Positions 1 through 9,288 of a stretch of 64,000 bases of DNA are shown here, piece by piece. Position numbers and translations under genes: made by a program. The notes beneath the pieces are model-generated. The model saw only the letters and a program-made list of their open reading frames with translations. It searched no databases and was not told the origin of the DNA. Location of the stretch: NCBI GenBank assembly GCA_027315065.1, contig DAHUYT010000004.1, positions 803 through 64,802 on the forward strand. Reading direction: 5' to 3'. Source of the DNA: Nitrososphaerota archaeon (GTDB lineage Archaea > Thermoproteota > Nitrososphaeria > Nitrososphaerales > Nitrosopumilaceae). Position 1 is the stretch's first letter, and every line of letters begins with the position of its first letter.

Positions 1-1136
1 ATTCCCAACTCTACTTTTCCTATGAATCGCTGAATTGCGTCAAGGGGGGCATTTGCATGTACTACGCCAACCATGCCTACTCCTGATAGCCGCAAGTCGG
101 AAAAGACTCGAAAATCATGATATCTTCTTACTTCATCAAATATGGTGTAATCTGGTCGTACCAATAATAATATGTCCGCCGCATTCTCAAAACTTCCGTC
201 AAGATGTGAGTATTGCGTAATTTTTTCATCTACCTGAAGATCTCTTGGTGATTCAAACGTCTTTACAATTTTGCCTTTTTTGGAATAGAAATCTGCAAGA
301 CTTGATGCCAGTGTACTTTTACCTGATCCTGGTGCTCCTGCAATGAGTACACCTTCTGCACTCTCGGATAATCGCTGCATCAGTTTTTCTGATATGTTGT
401 ACTGCTCAAGTGATAGTTTGACAAGTGGGTGCGTAATTGTAATTTCGTATTTGTTAGAAAATGGGCGATGAGTTATTACCACTCTGAAATCGCGGAATTG
501 AACTACGAGAGCCCCAGATTTTGAAATTTCAACAACTCCTGACTGGTTGGTTCTTGAAGCTTCTAAAATCTCTGTAGTAATTCTCTCGAGATATTCCTTT
601 TCAAGTATCCTATCTTCAAGCTCTACTAATGAAAAAGTACCGGGGGTTCCACGTTTAGCAACAGGTTTTGCTCCTTCTTTGAGATGGATGCTCATTGTTT
701 GATGATCAAAATACTTTTCAAATTCCAGATCTGAGATCTTTACTTGCGGTTTTGAGTAACTAGTTTTTACTCCTTCTGCTTGTGCGACTAAGGCTTGTAC
801 ATAATCTGCTGTATAAAACGTGGCGTTATTTTTCTTCGCAATGTCTTTTATTATGGCATCAATTCTGCCATGTCTTGCCAATTTGATATCATCCATGCTT
901 GGCCGTTCGCCTTCAAATCGAAGTATGATGTTGTTTTTTTGCACCAATTCACGAATCTTCTTTATCTCTTCCAAGCCAACAAAACCATAATCCTTGTTTT
1001 GTGAAGCTTGGGATTGCAGCTCATCTAATACTGCTACTGGAATTATTATTTCACAATCCTTTAGACTTCCAGATTCGATTAGTTTTGTTATTTCGCCGTC
1101 TATTATGATGCTTGTATCTACTACTATCTTTTCCAT
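1..1136 (-). CDS. PIN-domain/PilT-VirB11-like ATPase (PINA family), runs off the window start (partial)
   Basis: Not in the ORF track. Manual translation from ATG at 1136: MEKIVVDTSIIIDG (PIN domain), Walker A GAPGSGKST, then RPDYTIFDEVR and GVGMVGVVHA; frame open to position 1. Confidence 0.9.
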   Translation of the reverse strand, partial: MEKIVVDTSIIIDGEITKLIESGSLKDCEIIIPVAVLDELQSQASQNKDYGFVGLEEIKKIRELVQKNNIILRFEGERPSMDDIKLARHGRIDAIIKDIAKKNNATFYTADYVQALVAQAEGVKTSYSKPQVKISDLEFEKYFDHQTMSIHLKEGAKPVAKRGTPGTFSLVELEDRILEKEYLERITTEILEASRTNQSGVVEISKSGALVVQFRDFRVVITHRPFSNKYEITITHPLVKLSLEQYNISEKLMQRLSESAEGVLIAGAPGSGKSTLASSLADFYSKKGKIVKTFESPRDLQVDEKITQYSHLDGSFENAADILLLVRPDYTIFDEVRRYHDFRVFSDLRLSGVGMVGVVHANAPLDAIQRFIGKVELG

Positions 1137-1351
1137 TATTTAGTCAGATTATTTCGTACCTTTTAATCATACCTTTGTTTGCGACTGGTAAATTAGCGGT
1201 CCATTTCGCATTTTTTAATTGTAGTATATCTAGTGATTCACTGGAGAGTTACCAGCATAAAAAACAAATCCTAATAGCGAAAGTGCATGTCATTAAATCT
1301 AATAAAATCCTTGAAAAAGACGAGTTCTAGGTAGATAACAACTTGTTTGAT

Positions 1352-1711
1352 CTATGAAAGTACTCTTGATATTTCGCGTAACACATCCTCGAAATTAAAC
1401 GGCTTTAAGATGTATGCTACTGCACCGACTCTTATGCATTCTTTCATCGTTACTTGATTATCGCTTGCAGTAATCATGATCACCTTAGCATCTGGTCTAT
1501 GCGTGATTATATCACTCAATACTGTTAGGCCATCCTTTTTGGGCATGGCAACATCCAAAAGTACAATGTCTGGATTTGTTCTTTTAAACTGTTCCAATGC
1601 ATCTACGCCATTCGATGCTTCAGCTACGAATTCATGTTTGCCTATGATCAAAATGTCTTTTAGCACCATTCTTATGACATCGGAATCATCAGCAACCATT
1701 ATTCTGGCCAA
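1352..1711 (-). CDS. Single-domain CheY-like response regulator
   Basis: VADDS acidic pocket, phospho-acceptor LLDVAMP, ITA, KPF; no output domain. Confidence 0.92.
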   Translation of the reverse strand: MARIMVADDSDVIRMVLKDILIIGKHEFVAEASNGVDALEQFKRTNPDIVLLDVAMPKKDGLTVLSDIITHRPDAKVIMITASDNQVTMKECIRVGAVAYILKPFNFEDVLREISRVLS

Positions 1712-1755
1712 TTCTTACATTTAATCATGCTTAGTATTTAAATTCAAAAGAGCAC

Positions 1756-2124
1756 CTACAATTCTGGTATCTGGGGGAATTTATCATGCACCTGTTTCTT
1801 AAAATTCGATAAATCGTAAATACTTAAACCATCCAAAATCTTACCCATATCTTCAACTGTTTTGATTATTATAAAACAAGATCCCGGTAATGGGCCATTG
1901 CTCATTATATGTCTCAATATGGCATCGCTTGTTTTTGCCAATTCCCCAATTTTTTCTTGTCCCATCATTGGTGCCAGTCCTTTGATTTTATGAAGATGCG
2001 TCTTGATACTCTGGGAGTTCATGAGTATATGTTCATCATTATTGCATTGCATTGTAATTCTTTCTAATTCGTCCAATTCTTGTTGTATTTCTTGTCTTGC
2101 AGCCTTTAGAAACTCGTCAGACAT
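1756..2124 (-). CDS. Stand-alone Hpt (histidine phosphotransfer) domain protein
   Basis: Helical protein with LHKIKGLAPMMG Hpt motif; lies between a histidine kinase and a response regulator. Confidence 0.8.
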   Translation of the reverse strand: MSDEFLKAARQEIQQELDELERITMQCNNDEHILMNSQSIKTHLHKIKGLAPMMGQEKIGELAKTSDAILRHIMSNGPLPGSCFIIIKTVEDMGKILDGLSIYDLSNFKKQVHDKFPQIPEL

Positions 2125-2189
2125 TTTAATTAGTCACTAGTTATGTTTTACACAATCTTTTATATGATTATCTGTATCTTTTTTATTCA

Positions 2190-4064
2190 TTGAAGATTAC
2201 GCAGAAAACCTATCTGTTACTTGGGATAATAATTGGAGTTTCTGCTATTAATCTGGTTCTCCTACTTTCAATCTCTCAAGAGAACCTGAACGTGCTTCAC
2301 TCAATCAGCGATGCGAGCGATCTGAAGGTCATAGTTGAGGGAATATCTGGTACAGCTAACTCTATTGCAAGCGGTAATGAAGCAGGTAGACAAACATTGG
2401 CAGATGAAATTAATGGTTTTGACCAAACCTATGAGGCTTTAGGGACTGGAGGTACGTTTCAAGATATCCAAATAGTATCAGTACCATCTGAATTACATCC
2501 AATTTATAATCGAGTTGGAATTTCATGGCAAAAATACAAACAAGACGCTGAAAAAATCCGACAAGAATCAGTCTTTGATCCAACTGTGGAGCACGCACTG
2601 GCTTATATTTTGGATAAAAACAGTAACCTGATTTCGTTAACAAATGGAGTTGTAAACGATCTAGCTCCATTAGGTATGAATTATGATAAACATAAGATGA
2701 TTGCAGCAGAGATGGTAGGCATTGCACAAGATATAGGACAAAAGACATTGTTGATCTCTATTGGCGAAGGGCGAAATTACACTGATGCTATAAAAAAAGA
2801 CAGAATAACATTTGATGGAGATCTTAAGAATCTGGAGGGTATACCATTGGACAACCCTGATTATGCCAAGTATGGTATAGTGCAAGAAAATCTGCAAAAA
2901 ATTCCAAGAGAAAACTCTTACTCATTGAGACATCTTGATCCATTGTGGGATGCAGAACGAGCTAAAATAGAATACATCGAAAATAATACATTGATTTCAA
3001 AAGAATTTGGTTCAGCCCTCGTGAATCTTGATTATCAACGTGGTCTCTTGCTTGGCCACACTTCAAAATTTGTAGATGATTGGAACAAATTCATTGATTC
3101 AAAATTAAAACAGAACGTCATACTAGTTCAAGGTTTGCTGATTGTAGATATGGTAGTATTTGTAACTGTAATGCTCACTATTAGAAAGTCATTAAATCCT
3201 CTACACTTACTCACGAATGCCATCGGGAGAATAAGGGAAGGTTTCTATGATGAAAAAATTGATTATATTTCAAATGATGAAATAGGCAATCTTGCTGAAG
3301 CGATAAACACGATGTCAGGCACTATAAAAAAGAAAGAAGAAGAAGCTAAAAAGATTGAGATTGCAAAAAACGAATTCCTTGCAATGATAACACACGAACT
3401 AAAAACCCCATTGGTTCCAATACAGGGATTTTCAGATATGTTATTGGGCGGGTATCTAGGATCGTTAAACGAAAATCAGAAAGATAGGTTAAAGATAATT
3501 CGATCAAGTGCTGACTCTTTATTGCAATTAATATCTGATCTACTTGATGCGCAAAAACTAGAACTAGATCAACTTAAAATTAAAAAAACAAACAATGATC
3601 TAAAAGAAACAATTGAAACCGCAATGAAATCTATGCAATCTCAGGCTCTTGCAGATCAAATAGAACTCACTCATAATCTCAACCGCTCAATTTATGCTAG
3701 TTATGATGATGCAAGAATAATCCAAGTACTTACAAATCTGATCAAAAATAGTTTAAAGGCAGTATTGTCTAAGGTTGGAAAAATCGAGATATCAGTCGAA
3801 GAAAATCCAAAAGAAATCATAGTGTCAGTAAAAGATAATGGAAAAGGGATACCTGATAATGTCATTGATAATGTATTCAAGAAATTCTATCAGGTGGATA
3901 CTTCTTCCACTAGGGAATTTGGTGGAAGCGGTTTGGGACTGTCCATATGCAGGGGAATTGTGGAATCTCACGGTGGAAGAATTTGGGTACAAAGTAAAGT
4001 AAAGGAGGGATCCACGTTCTCATTTACCATTCCAACAAACGAATCTTCAAAAATGCCATTATAA
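2190..4064 (+). CDS. Membrane sensor histidine kinase (2 TM, extracellular helical sensor, HAMP, HisKA, HATPase)
   Basis: H-box THELKTPL, N-box LTNLIKNS, DNGKGI, GGSGLGLSI; hydrophobic helices near residues 8-27 and 310-331. Confidence 0.93.
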   Translation: MKITQKTYLLLGIIIGVSAINLVLLLSISQENLNVLHSISDASDLKVIVEGISGTANSIASGNEAGRQTLADEINGFDQTYEALGTGGTFQDIQIVSVPSELHPIYNRVGISWQKYKQDAEKIRQESVFDPTVEHALAYILDKNSNLISLTNGVVNDLAPLGMNYDKHKMIAAEMVGIAQDIGQKTLLISIGEGRNYTDAIKKDRITFDGDLKNLEGIPLDNPDYAKYGIVQENLQKIPRENSYSLRHLDPLWDAERAKIEYIENNTLISKEFGSALVNLDYQRGLLLGHTSKFVDDWNKFIDSKLKQNVILVQGLLIVDMVVFVTVMLTIRKSLNPLHLLTNAIGRIREGFYDEKIDYISNDEIGNLAEAINTMSGTIKKKEEEAKKIEIAKNEFLAMITHELKTPLVPIQGFSDMLLGGYLGSLNENQKDRLKIIRSSADSLLQLISDLLDAQKLELDQLKIKKTNNDLKETIETAMKSMQSQALADQIELTHNLNRSIYASYDDARIIQVLTNLIKNSLKAVLSKVGKIEISVEENPKEIIVSVKDNGKGIPDNVIDNVFKKFYQVDTSSTREFGGSGLGLSICRGIVESHGGRIWVQSKVKEGSTFSFTIPTNESSKMPL

Positions 4065-4093
4065 GATAAAATACATGCATCGCGGTCTCTCAA

Positions 4094-5512
4094 GTGTTGC
4101 TGGAAGATTTTGCAGATAAAGCGGTTCAACTTGCGCTCCAAAATGGAATACAATACTGTGATGTTAGAGCGGAAACTATTGAGAGTAATGGTTTTTTGCT
4201 TGAAGATGGGCAGATAGAACATTTTTCATCTAAATTTGAGGCTGGGCTGGGAATACGTATACTTGCAGACGGTGCATGGGGGTTCTATTCTATATCTAAT
4301 CCAAAATCTATAGATGAATTAAAAGATGGTGTAATCAGTGCAATAAAATGTGCGCTTTACTATGCTCAAACAAAGAAAAAAAAAGTAAAGATGGCAGAAA
4401 CTCATGTATGTGTGGATACCGTAGATTATGGCATGATTGAAACACCAACAGTAGATGAAATGACAAAACTGGCGCTTGAATGTGATGGAATAATTCGAGT
4501 GAGAAAGAGAATAAAAAAATCGTCAATTCACATGCATCATGATGTATTTGACAAGTATTTTGTAAATAGCGAAGGTGCAAAAATAACTCAGCGACATAAT
4601 GATACTATATCTCATCTGTCTGTCACTGCTCATGAATCAGGTCTTTCAGAAACCGTAAGTACAACCGAGGGAGGTCGTGGAGGCATGGAAATGATAACAA
4701 AGGAAGATAACATATTGAAAAAAGCCTATTCAATCTCTGAAAAGGCAGATAAACTAATAGATGCAAAACCTGCAAAAGAAGAGAAGACAACCGTCGTGAT
4801 GAATCCTGATTTTGTTGCGCTGTTAACACATGAAATTTTGGGACATCCTTCTGAAGCTGATCGAGTACTAGGAAAAGAAATGGCTTGGGCAGGCGGTGCA
4901 TGGTGGTCTGGAAAGATTGGAACAAAAATAGGCTCAACTGAGCTTAATGTAATTGATGATCCTATGATGCAATCTAGTCTGGGATGGTACAAGTACGATG
5001 ATGAAGGTGTGATTGCATCTAGGAAATCGCTTGTAAAAGATGGTGTTCTCGTTGGTCATATGCAGAGCAGGGAAACTGCCTCTCTTTTTGACGCTGAACC
5101 CAATTCCGCAATGCGTGCTGCAGGATATTCGTTTATGCCACTAATACGAATGGCATGTACTTGTATCTGTCCTGGAGATTGGGATCCAGACGAGTTGATA
5201 AAAGATGTAAAGTCTGGTTATCTGATCTGCGACATGAAGGTACCATCTATTGACATGATGCGATATAACTGGAATATTTCATGCCAGTATGCTCAAAAAA
5301 TTGAGAATGGGGAATGTAAAGAGTTGTTAAGGGATGTTATTGTGATGGGGAATGCACCAGAATTCTTCAACTCTATTGATGCAAGAGGTAAATATCTTAC
5401 TGTACGACCGATAACAAATTGTGGTAAAGGCGATCCAATGCAAATAATGAGAATGGGAAACGGGGGACCTCATATTCGTGGAATCGCTACGGTTAAGAGT
5501 GTGGGGACCTAA
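4094..5512 (+). CDS. tldD: TldD/PmbA family metalloprotease (TldD type)
   Basis: GLGIRIL..GAWGF, HEILGHPSEADR zinc motif, C-terminal CGKGDP..MGNGGPH. Confidence 0.88.
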   Translation: MLLEDFADKAVQLALQNGIQYCDVRAETIESNGFLLEDGQIEHFSSKFEAGLGIRILADGAWGFYSISNPKSIDELKDGVISAIKCALYYAQTKKKKVKMAETHVCVDTVDYGMIETPTVDEMTKLALECDGIIRVRKRIKKSSIHMHHDVFDKYFVNSEGAKITQRHNDTISHLSVTAHESGLSETVSTTEGGRGGMEMITKEDNILKKAYSISEKADKLIDAKPAKEEKTTVVMNPDFVALLTHEILGHPSEADRVLGKEMAWAGGAWWSGKIGTKIGSTELNVIDDPMMQSSLGWYKYDDEGVIASRKSLVKDGVLVGHMQSRETASLFDAEPNSAMRAAGYSFMPLIRMACTCICPGDWDPDELIKDVKSGYLICDMKVPSIDMMRYNWNISCQYAQKIENGECKELLRDVIVMGNAPEFFNSIDARGKYLTVRPITNCGKGDPMQIMRMGNGGPHIRGIATVKSVGT

Positions 5513-5513
5513 A

Positions 5514-6095
5514 ATGTCTGATGAGATTGATGCACTGAGAAAAACTATCATTTCATGCACTATCTGCGAATTATCTAAATCAAGAACAAATGCAGTGCCA
5601 GGTTCTGGTAGTATTAAAACCAAAGTAGTATTTATCGGTGAAGCTCCGGGTAGAACCGAAGATCTTCAAGGTGCACCATTTGTAGGTACTGCGGGTAAGA
5701 TACTTTCAGATGCATTGGCATATGCGGGATTCACGCGTGACGATGTTTATATTACAAATATTGTAAAATGCCGGCCGCCTGATAACAGGAGACCAAATAA
5801 ACAAGAAATGAATTCATGTAGAAATTATATGCAAAAAGAACTTGAGATCATTCAACCTAAGATTGTTTGTATATTGGGGAATACTGCTTTTGGTTCATTG
5901 TTAAATGGAAACGCAATAACTAAGAATCGGGGAAAAATAATTAAAAGAAATGGTCAACTATACTTTGTTACAGTACATCCGGCAGCTATCATATATAATC
6001 AGGATCTGCGTCAAGTCTTAAAAGATGACTTAAAGGCGTTATCTGATATTATTGACAAGCTACAAAAGGGAATTCCTGTGGAAACTAATGAATGA
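5514..6095 (+). CDS. udg: Family-4 uracil-DNA glycosylase (4Fe-4S)
   Basis: CxxC..L, GEAPG, KCRPP.NR.P, HPAA. ATG at 5514 (1 nt after the tldD stop) preferred over the track start at 5478. Confidence 0.92.
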   Translation: MSDEIDALRKTIISCTICELSKSRTNAVPGSGSIKTKVVFIGEAPGRTEDLQGAPFVGTAGKILSDALAYAGFTRDDVYITNIVKCRPPDNRRPNKQEMNSCRNYMQKELEIIQPKIVCILGNTAFGSLLNGNAITKNRGKIIKRNGQLYFVTVHPAAIIYNQDLRQVLKDDLKALSDIIDKLQKGIPVETNE

Positions 6096-6673
6096 AGACT
6101 ATTCCACGTTCATTTTATCGCAAAGATACCGTTGATGTAGCACACGATCTTCTAGGCAAAATACTAGTTCGAAGAATTAACGGGATGACAATCTCAGGGA
6201 TTATTTCTGAAACTGAAGCATATAGACATGGAGATGATCCGGCCAGTCATTCATTTGGAGGTAGAACAGAAAGAAACAAAGCTATGTTTGGTGAGGTTGG
6301 GAGAGCCTATGTTTATTTTACATATGGAATGCATTATTGTATAAACGCAGTTGCAAAAGATGAGAAATATGAGGCAGGTGCAGTACTAATACGAGCCCTT
6401 GTTCCAAAAGACGGACTTGACTTTATGATAAAACAACGTAAAACAGGCATAATTTCTAATCTTGCAAACGGTCCGGCGAAGTTAACCCAATCTCTAAAAA
6501 TAACACGTGAACAGTATGGCGAAGATCTGACAAAAGTCTCGGGGCTATATGTAACTGATGGATTTGATGTGAAAAGATCCGTAATCATGTCCCGACCTAG
6601 AATTGGAATTCGAAAGGCGGTGGATAATTTATGGAATTTTAGCGTACCTGAAAACTATTTTGTGGATTACTGA
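6092..6673 (+). CDS. mpg: 3-methyladenine DNA glycosylase (MPG/AAG family)
   Basis: ETEAY, YVYFTYGMHYC, AVLIRAL, NGPAKL, RIGI; 4-nt overlap with udg. Confidence 0.92.
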   Translation: MKTIPRSFYRKDTVDVAHDLLGKILVRRINGMTISGIISETEAYRHGDDPASHSFGGRTERNKAMFGEVGRAYVYFTYGMHYCINAVAKDEKYEAGAVLIRALVPKDGLDFMIKQRKTGIISNLANGPAKLTQSLKITREQYGEDLTKVSGLYVTDGFDVKRSVIMSRPRIGIRKAVDNLWNFSVPENYFVDY

Positions 6674-7872
6674 GGCACTTGTGCTGGCCTCGCTCCCAAA
6701 GTAGCAGTGAGGTCAAGCGATTTTCCTTGTCTATTGACTGTTAACACTACCTTGTCGCCCACTGATTTTTCATCATCTAGGTATGATATTACGTCATCAA
6801 TTGTCTTTATTGGATGTCCATCTATTGCAGTTATGATATCGCCACCATGAGGAATGTTGTTATTGTCAAGAGTAGCTGCTATCATACCAGCTTTGTTAGC
6901 TGGTCCTCCAGGAACGACCTTCTCAACCATCACACCTTTGAAGTTTCTTGGCAAATCATTGGCCAACGAAATATCTGGATCCATTGTTCTACCTGATATT
7001 CCAAGATAAGGATGTTGATATGTTCCGGTTTTAATTAAAACTGGGACAATTCTTTCAATGGTATTAGATGGAATGGCAAATCCTATTCCAGAAAAGTCCC
7101 CCGTGTTTGTCTTGATTGCTGTATTCATCCCAATCACTTCACCTTGCATGTTTAATAATGGACCTCCGGAATTTCCTGGATTGATGGCTGCATCGACTTG
7201 GATTACGTCTGGTATTGAATAACCAACATTTTCATTAGGCATCAAGCGTCCCACTGCACTTACTATCCCGGCAGTCATTGTATCACTGAGACCAAATGGA
7301 TTACCTATTGCAATCACTTGTTGTCCTGGTAACATCTCTGACGAATTTCCCAATGTAAGTGGAATCAGGGTTTCGTCAGAAAAGTTATCCATGATTTGTA
7401 TTACCGCGATATCATTATCTGGATCGGTTCCTACAACTTTTGCGGTGTATGTATTTCCATCAATAAATGTGACATTTACTGTACTCGAACCATCGACAAC
7501 ATGATTGTTCGTCACTATGTATCCTTCTTTGTCATAAATGAAACCTGACCCTAGTCTTGTTGATTGACCTGAGAGCGGTTGGCCATTTATGATCACGGTA
7601 TTATCAACTGTAGATACCTTGCTAGTTATCTGAACGACAGAGTCTTCCGTTTTCTTGAAGAGACCTGTCAGAACCGAATCTTGTGAAAAAGTCACTGCGC
7701 TATCATTTAGTCCTACGGAATTGGGTTGCACTTGAGTATCAGGTGTACTGGATGATACTTGTACAGTTGCTTGCGGCAAATTTCCAAAAGAGCGTTCATT
7801 GGCATACTGCACAATAACAACAGACAAAAGAGTTACAATCACTCCAATGAGTACAACATTTACCTTTTTCAT
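6667..7872 (-). CDS. htrA: Membrane-anchored HtrA/DegP-like serine protease with PDZ domain
   Basis: TNNHVV, DIAV and GNSGGPL catalytic triad; N-terminal TM; C-terminal PDZ. Confidence 0.92.
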   Translation of the reverse strand: MKKVNVVLIGVIVTLLSVVIVQYANERSFGNLPQATVQVSSSTPDTQVQPNSVGLNDSAVTFSQDSVLTGLFKKTEDSVVQITSKVSTVDNTVIINGQPLSGQSTRLGSGFIYDKEGYIVTNNHVVDGSSTVNVTFIDGNTYTAKVVGTDPDNDIAVIQIMDNFSDETLIPLTLGNSSEMLPGQQVIAIGNPFGLSDTMTAGIVSAVGRLMPNENVGYSIPDVIQVDAAINPGNSGGPLLNMQGEVIGMNTAIKTNTGDFSGIGFAIPSNTIERIVPVLIKTGTYQHPYLGISGRTMDPDISLANDLPRNFKGVMVEKVVPGGPANKAGMIAATLDNNNIPHGGDIITAIDGHPIKTIDDVISYLDDEKSVGDKVVLTVNRQGKSLDLTATLGARPAQVPQ

Positions 7873-7969
7873 ATGGATTATTTAAAAAATAGTGCAGACC
7901 AGAATAATATTCTTTACGAAGCTTTGTTAATCTCAACATAAATATACGCACTAGCCAGTTAAAGGTCTG

Positions 7970-8464
7970 TTGGTAAAAAAGCAAAAAAACAAGGCAAAAA
8001 CTTCATTTCTTTCGCGTGACACTGTGATTTTTGTAGCTATTATCGTAGCTATCGTCGGTGCCGGAATTTATTATTTGCTTAGCAATTCAACTCCAGTAAA
8101 CGAAAAGTTTCCAGTATTTAGTGCTCCTACAAATATCTATATTGTAGCAGTTCACGATCCAACACAAGGTTATGTATATGAACAAGAATCTACGCGTCAA
8201 GCCCCAAAGGCACTAACTGGAGGAGTTGCGGATGCCTCAATTCATATTCCAAAGGGCGCGCTGGTTTCACTTCATTTCATAAATGAAGACAAAGATACTG
8301 GTGCTCCCATGGACCTTAATATTGACGAATTTAACGTACACACAAACAAACTAAACTATTTCCAAGCACAAACGATAAACTTTCTAGCCGATAAAGCAGG
8401 AGTTTACTCATACTACTCAAAATTACACCCTGGAATGAAAGGTACTATAACGGTGGATCCGTAA
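7970..8464 (+). CDS. Membrane-anchored cupredoxin-fold protein with degenerate type-1 Cu site
   Basis: N-terminal TM; C-terminal GVYSYYSKLHPGMKGTITV matches cupredoxin YxCxxHPxMxG with Cys replaced by Ser. Confidence 0.7.
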   Translation: MVKKQKNKAKTSFLSRDTVIFVAIIVAIVGAGIYYLLSNSTPVNEKFPVFSAPTNIYIVAVHDPTQGYVYEQESTRQAPKALTGGVADASIHIPKGALVSLHFINEDKDTGAPMDLNIDEFNVHTNKLNYFQAQTINFLADKAGVYSYYSKLHPGMKGTITVDP

Positions 8465-8515
8465 TGATATCGACAACATTTTTTAGAACATATCCATTAA
8501 TGGAGTCTGTATGTA

Positions 8516-8902
8516 TTGATGAACAATAAAGAGCATAATTTTTCTAGGGCCGATGTTCTTGACCTAATGGATGGTTTTATTGAAAGAATACTTGAAATTA
8601 GAAAAATACTTCTCAGTGTTTCAGTCTCTGCATTAATACTTGGACCGTTTGCTACATTTCTTTCAATCTTTCTCATAACACATCCGCGTTTCTATGCTGT
8701 TCTTGAGAGGGAGCATGAGTTTGGTGAAATTCTAGTTGTTTTGTTAGGAGTCATAATTTCTGTTTCAGTTGTATGGATGATAACAGGAGTAAGGCAATAC
8801 CTAACACTGAAATCGTGGGATAATAGGTACAAAGAATATCTTGAACAAAAAGATCAGATTGACAAGAAAATTGCATCAGATTTTGGCCTAGAACAAGATT
8901 AA
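8516..8902 (+). CDS. Hypothetical membrane protein (2 TM, coiled C-terminus)
   Basis: 128-aa ORF with two hydrophobic segments; converges on the next gene. Confidence 0.7.
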   Translation: MMNNKEHNFSRADVLDLMDGFIERILEIRKILLSVSVSALILGPFATFLSIFLITHPRFYAVLEREHEFGEILVVLLGVIISVSVVWMITGVRQYLTLKSWDNRYKEYLEQKDQIDKKIASDFGLEQD

Positions 8903-9231
8903 GTTTTATTCTCGTTTTTTTCGTTTATTGCTTTTTTACGAGGAAACAATTTTTCATATGGCTCTAAGATGGCCCTGCAGAAATCTACTCCCTTTTGAGT
9001 AGGCTTGTATATTGTAACAATTCTTTTTCCTAATGACCTTTCTATGCTTGCTATGAAATCGTTTGATTTAAGATCGTCAAGTATGGGTTTGTGTTTTTTA
9101 AGGTTCAATCCACAAAAACTAACTAGAGCTGTTTGATTCAGCTCTCCATACTGGACTAGCATCAAAATTATGTCTTTTATAATATAAATTCGATCTCGAT
9201 ATATGCTTGAACTAGACATTTGTCGTCTCAA
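8899..9231 (-). CDS. Winged-helix transcriptional regulator (archaeal wHTH)
   Basis: RDRIYIIKDII...LNQTALVSFCGLN...Y..TQKG pattern. Confidence 0.72.
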   Translation of the reverse strand: MRRQMSSSSIYRDRIYIIKDIILMLVQYGELNQTALVSFCGLNLKKHKPILDDLKSNDFIASIERSLGKRIVTIYKPTQKGVDFCRAILEPYEKLFPRKKAINEKNENKT

Positions 9232-9288
9232 TTATGACCGCTAAATATAATCCCTGATTGTTATCCTTTTGTATCATAACTTATTTTT

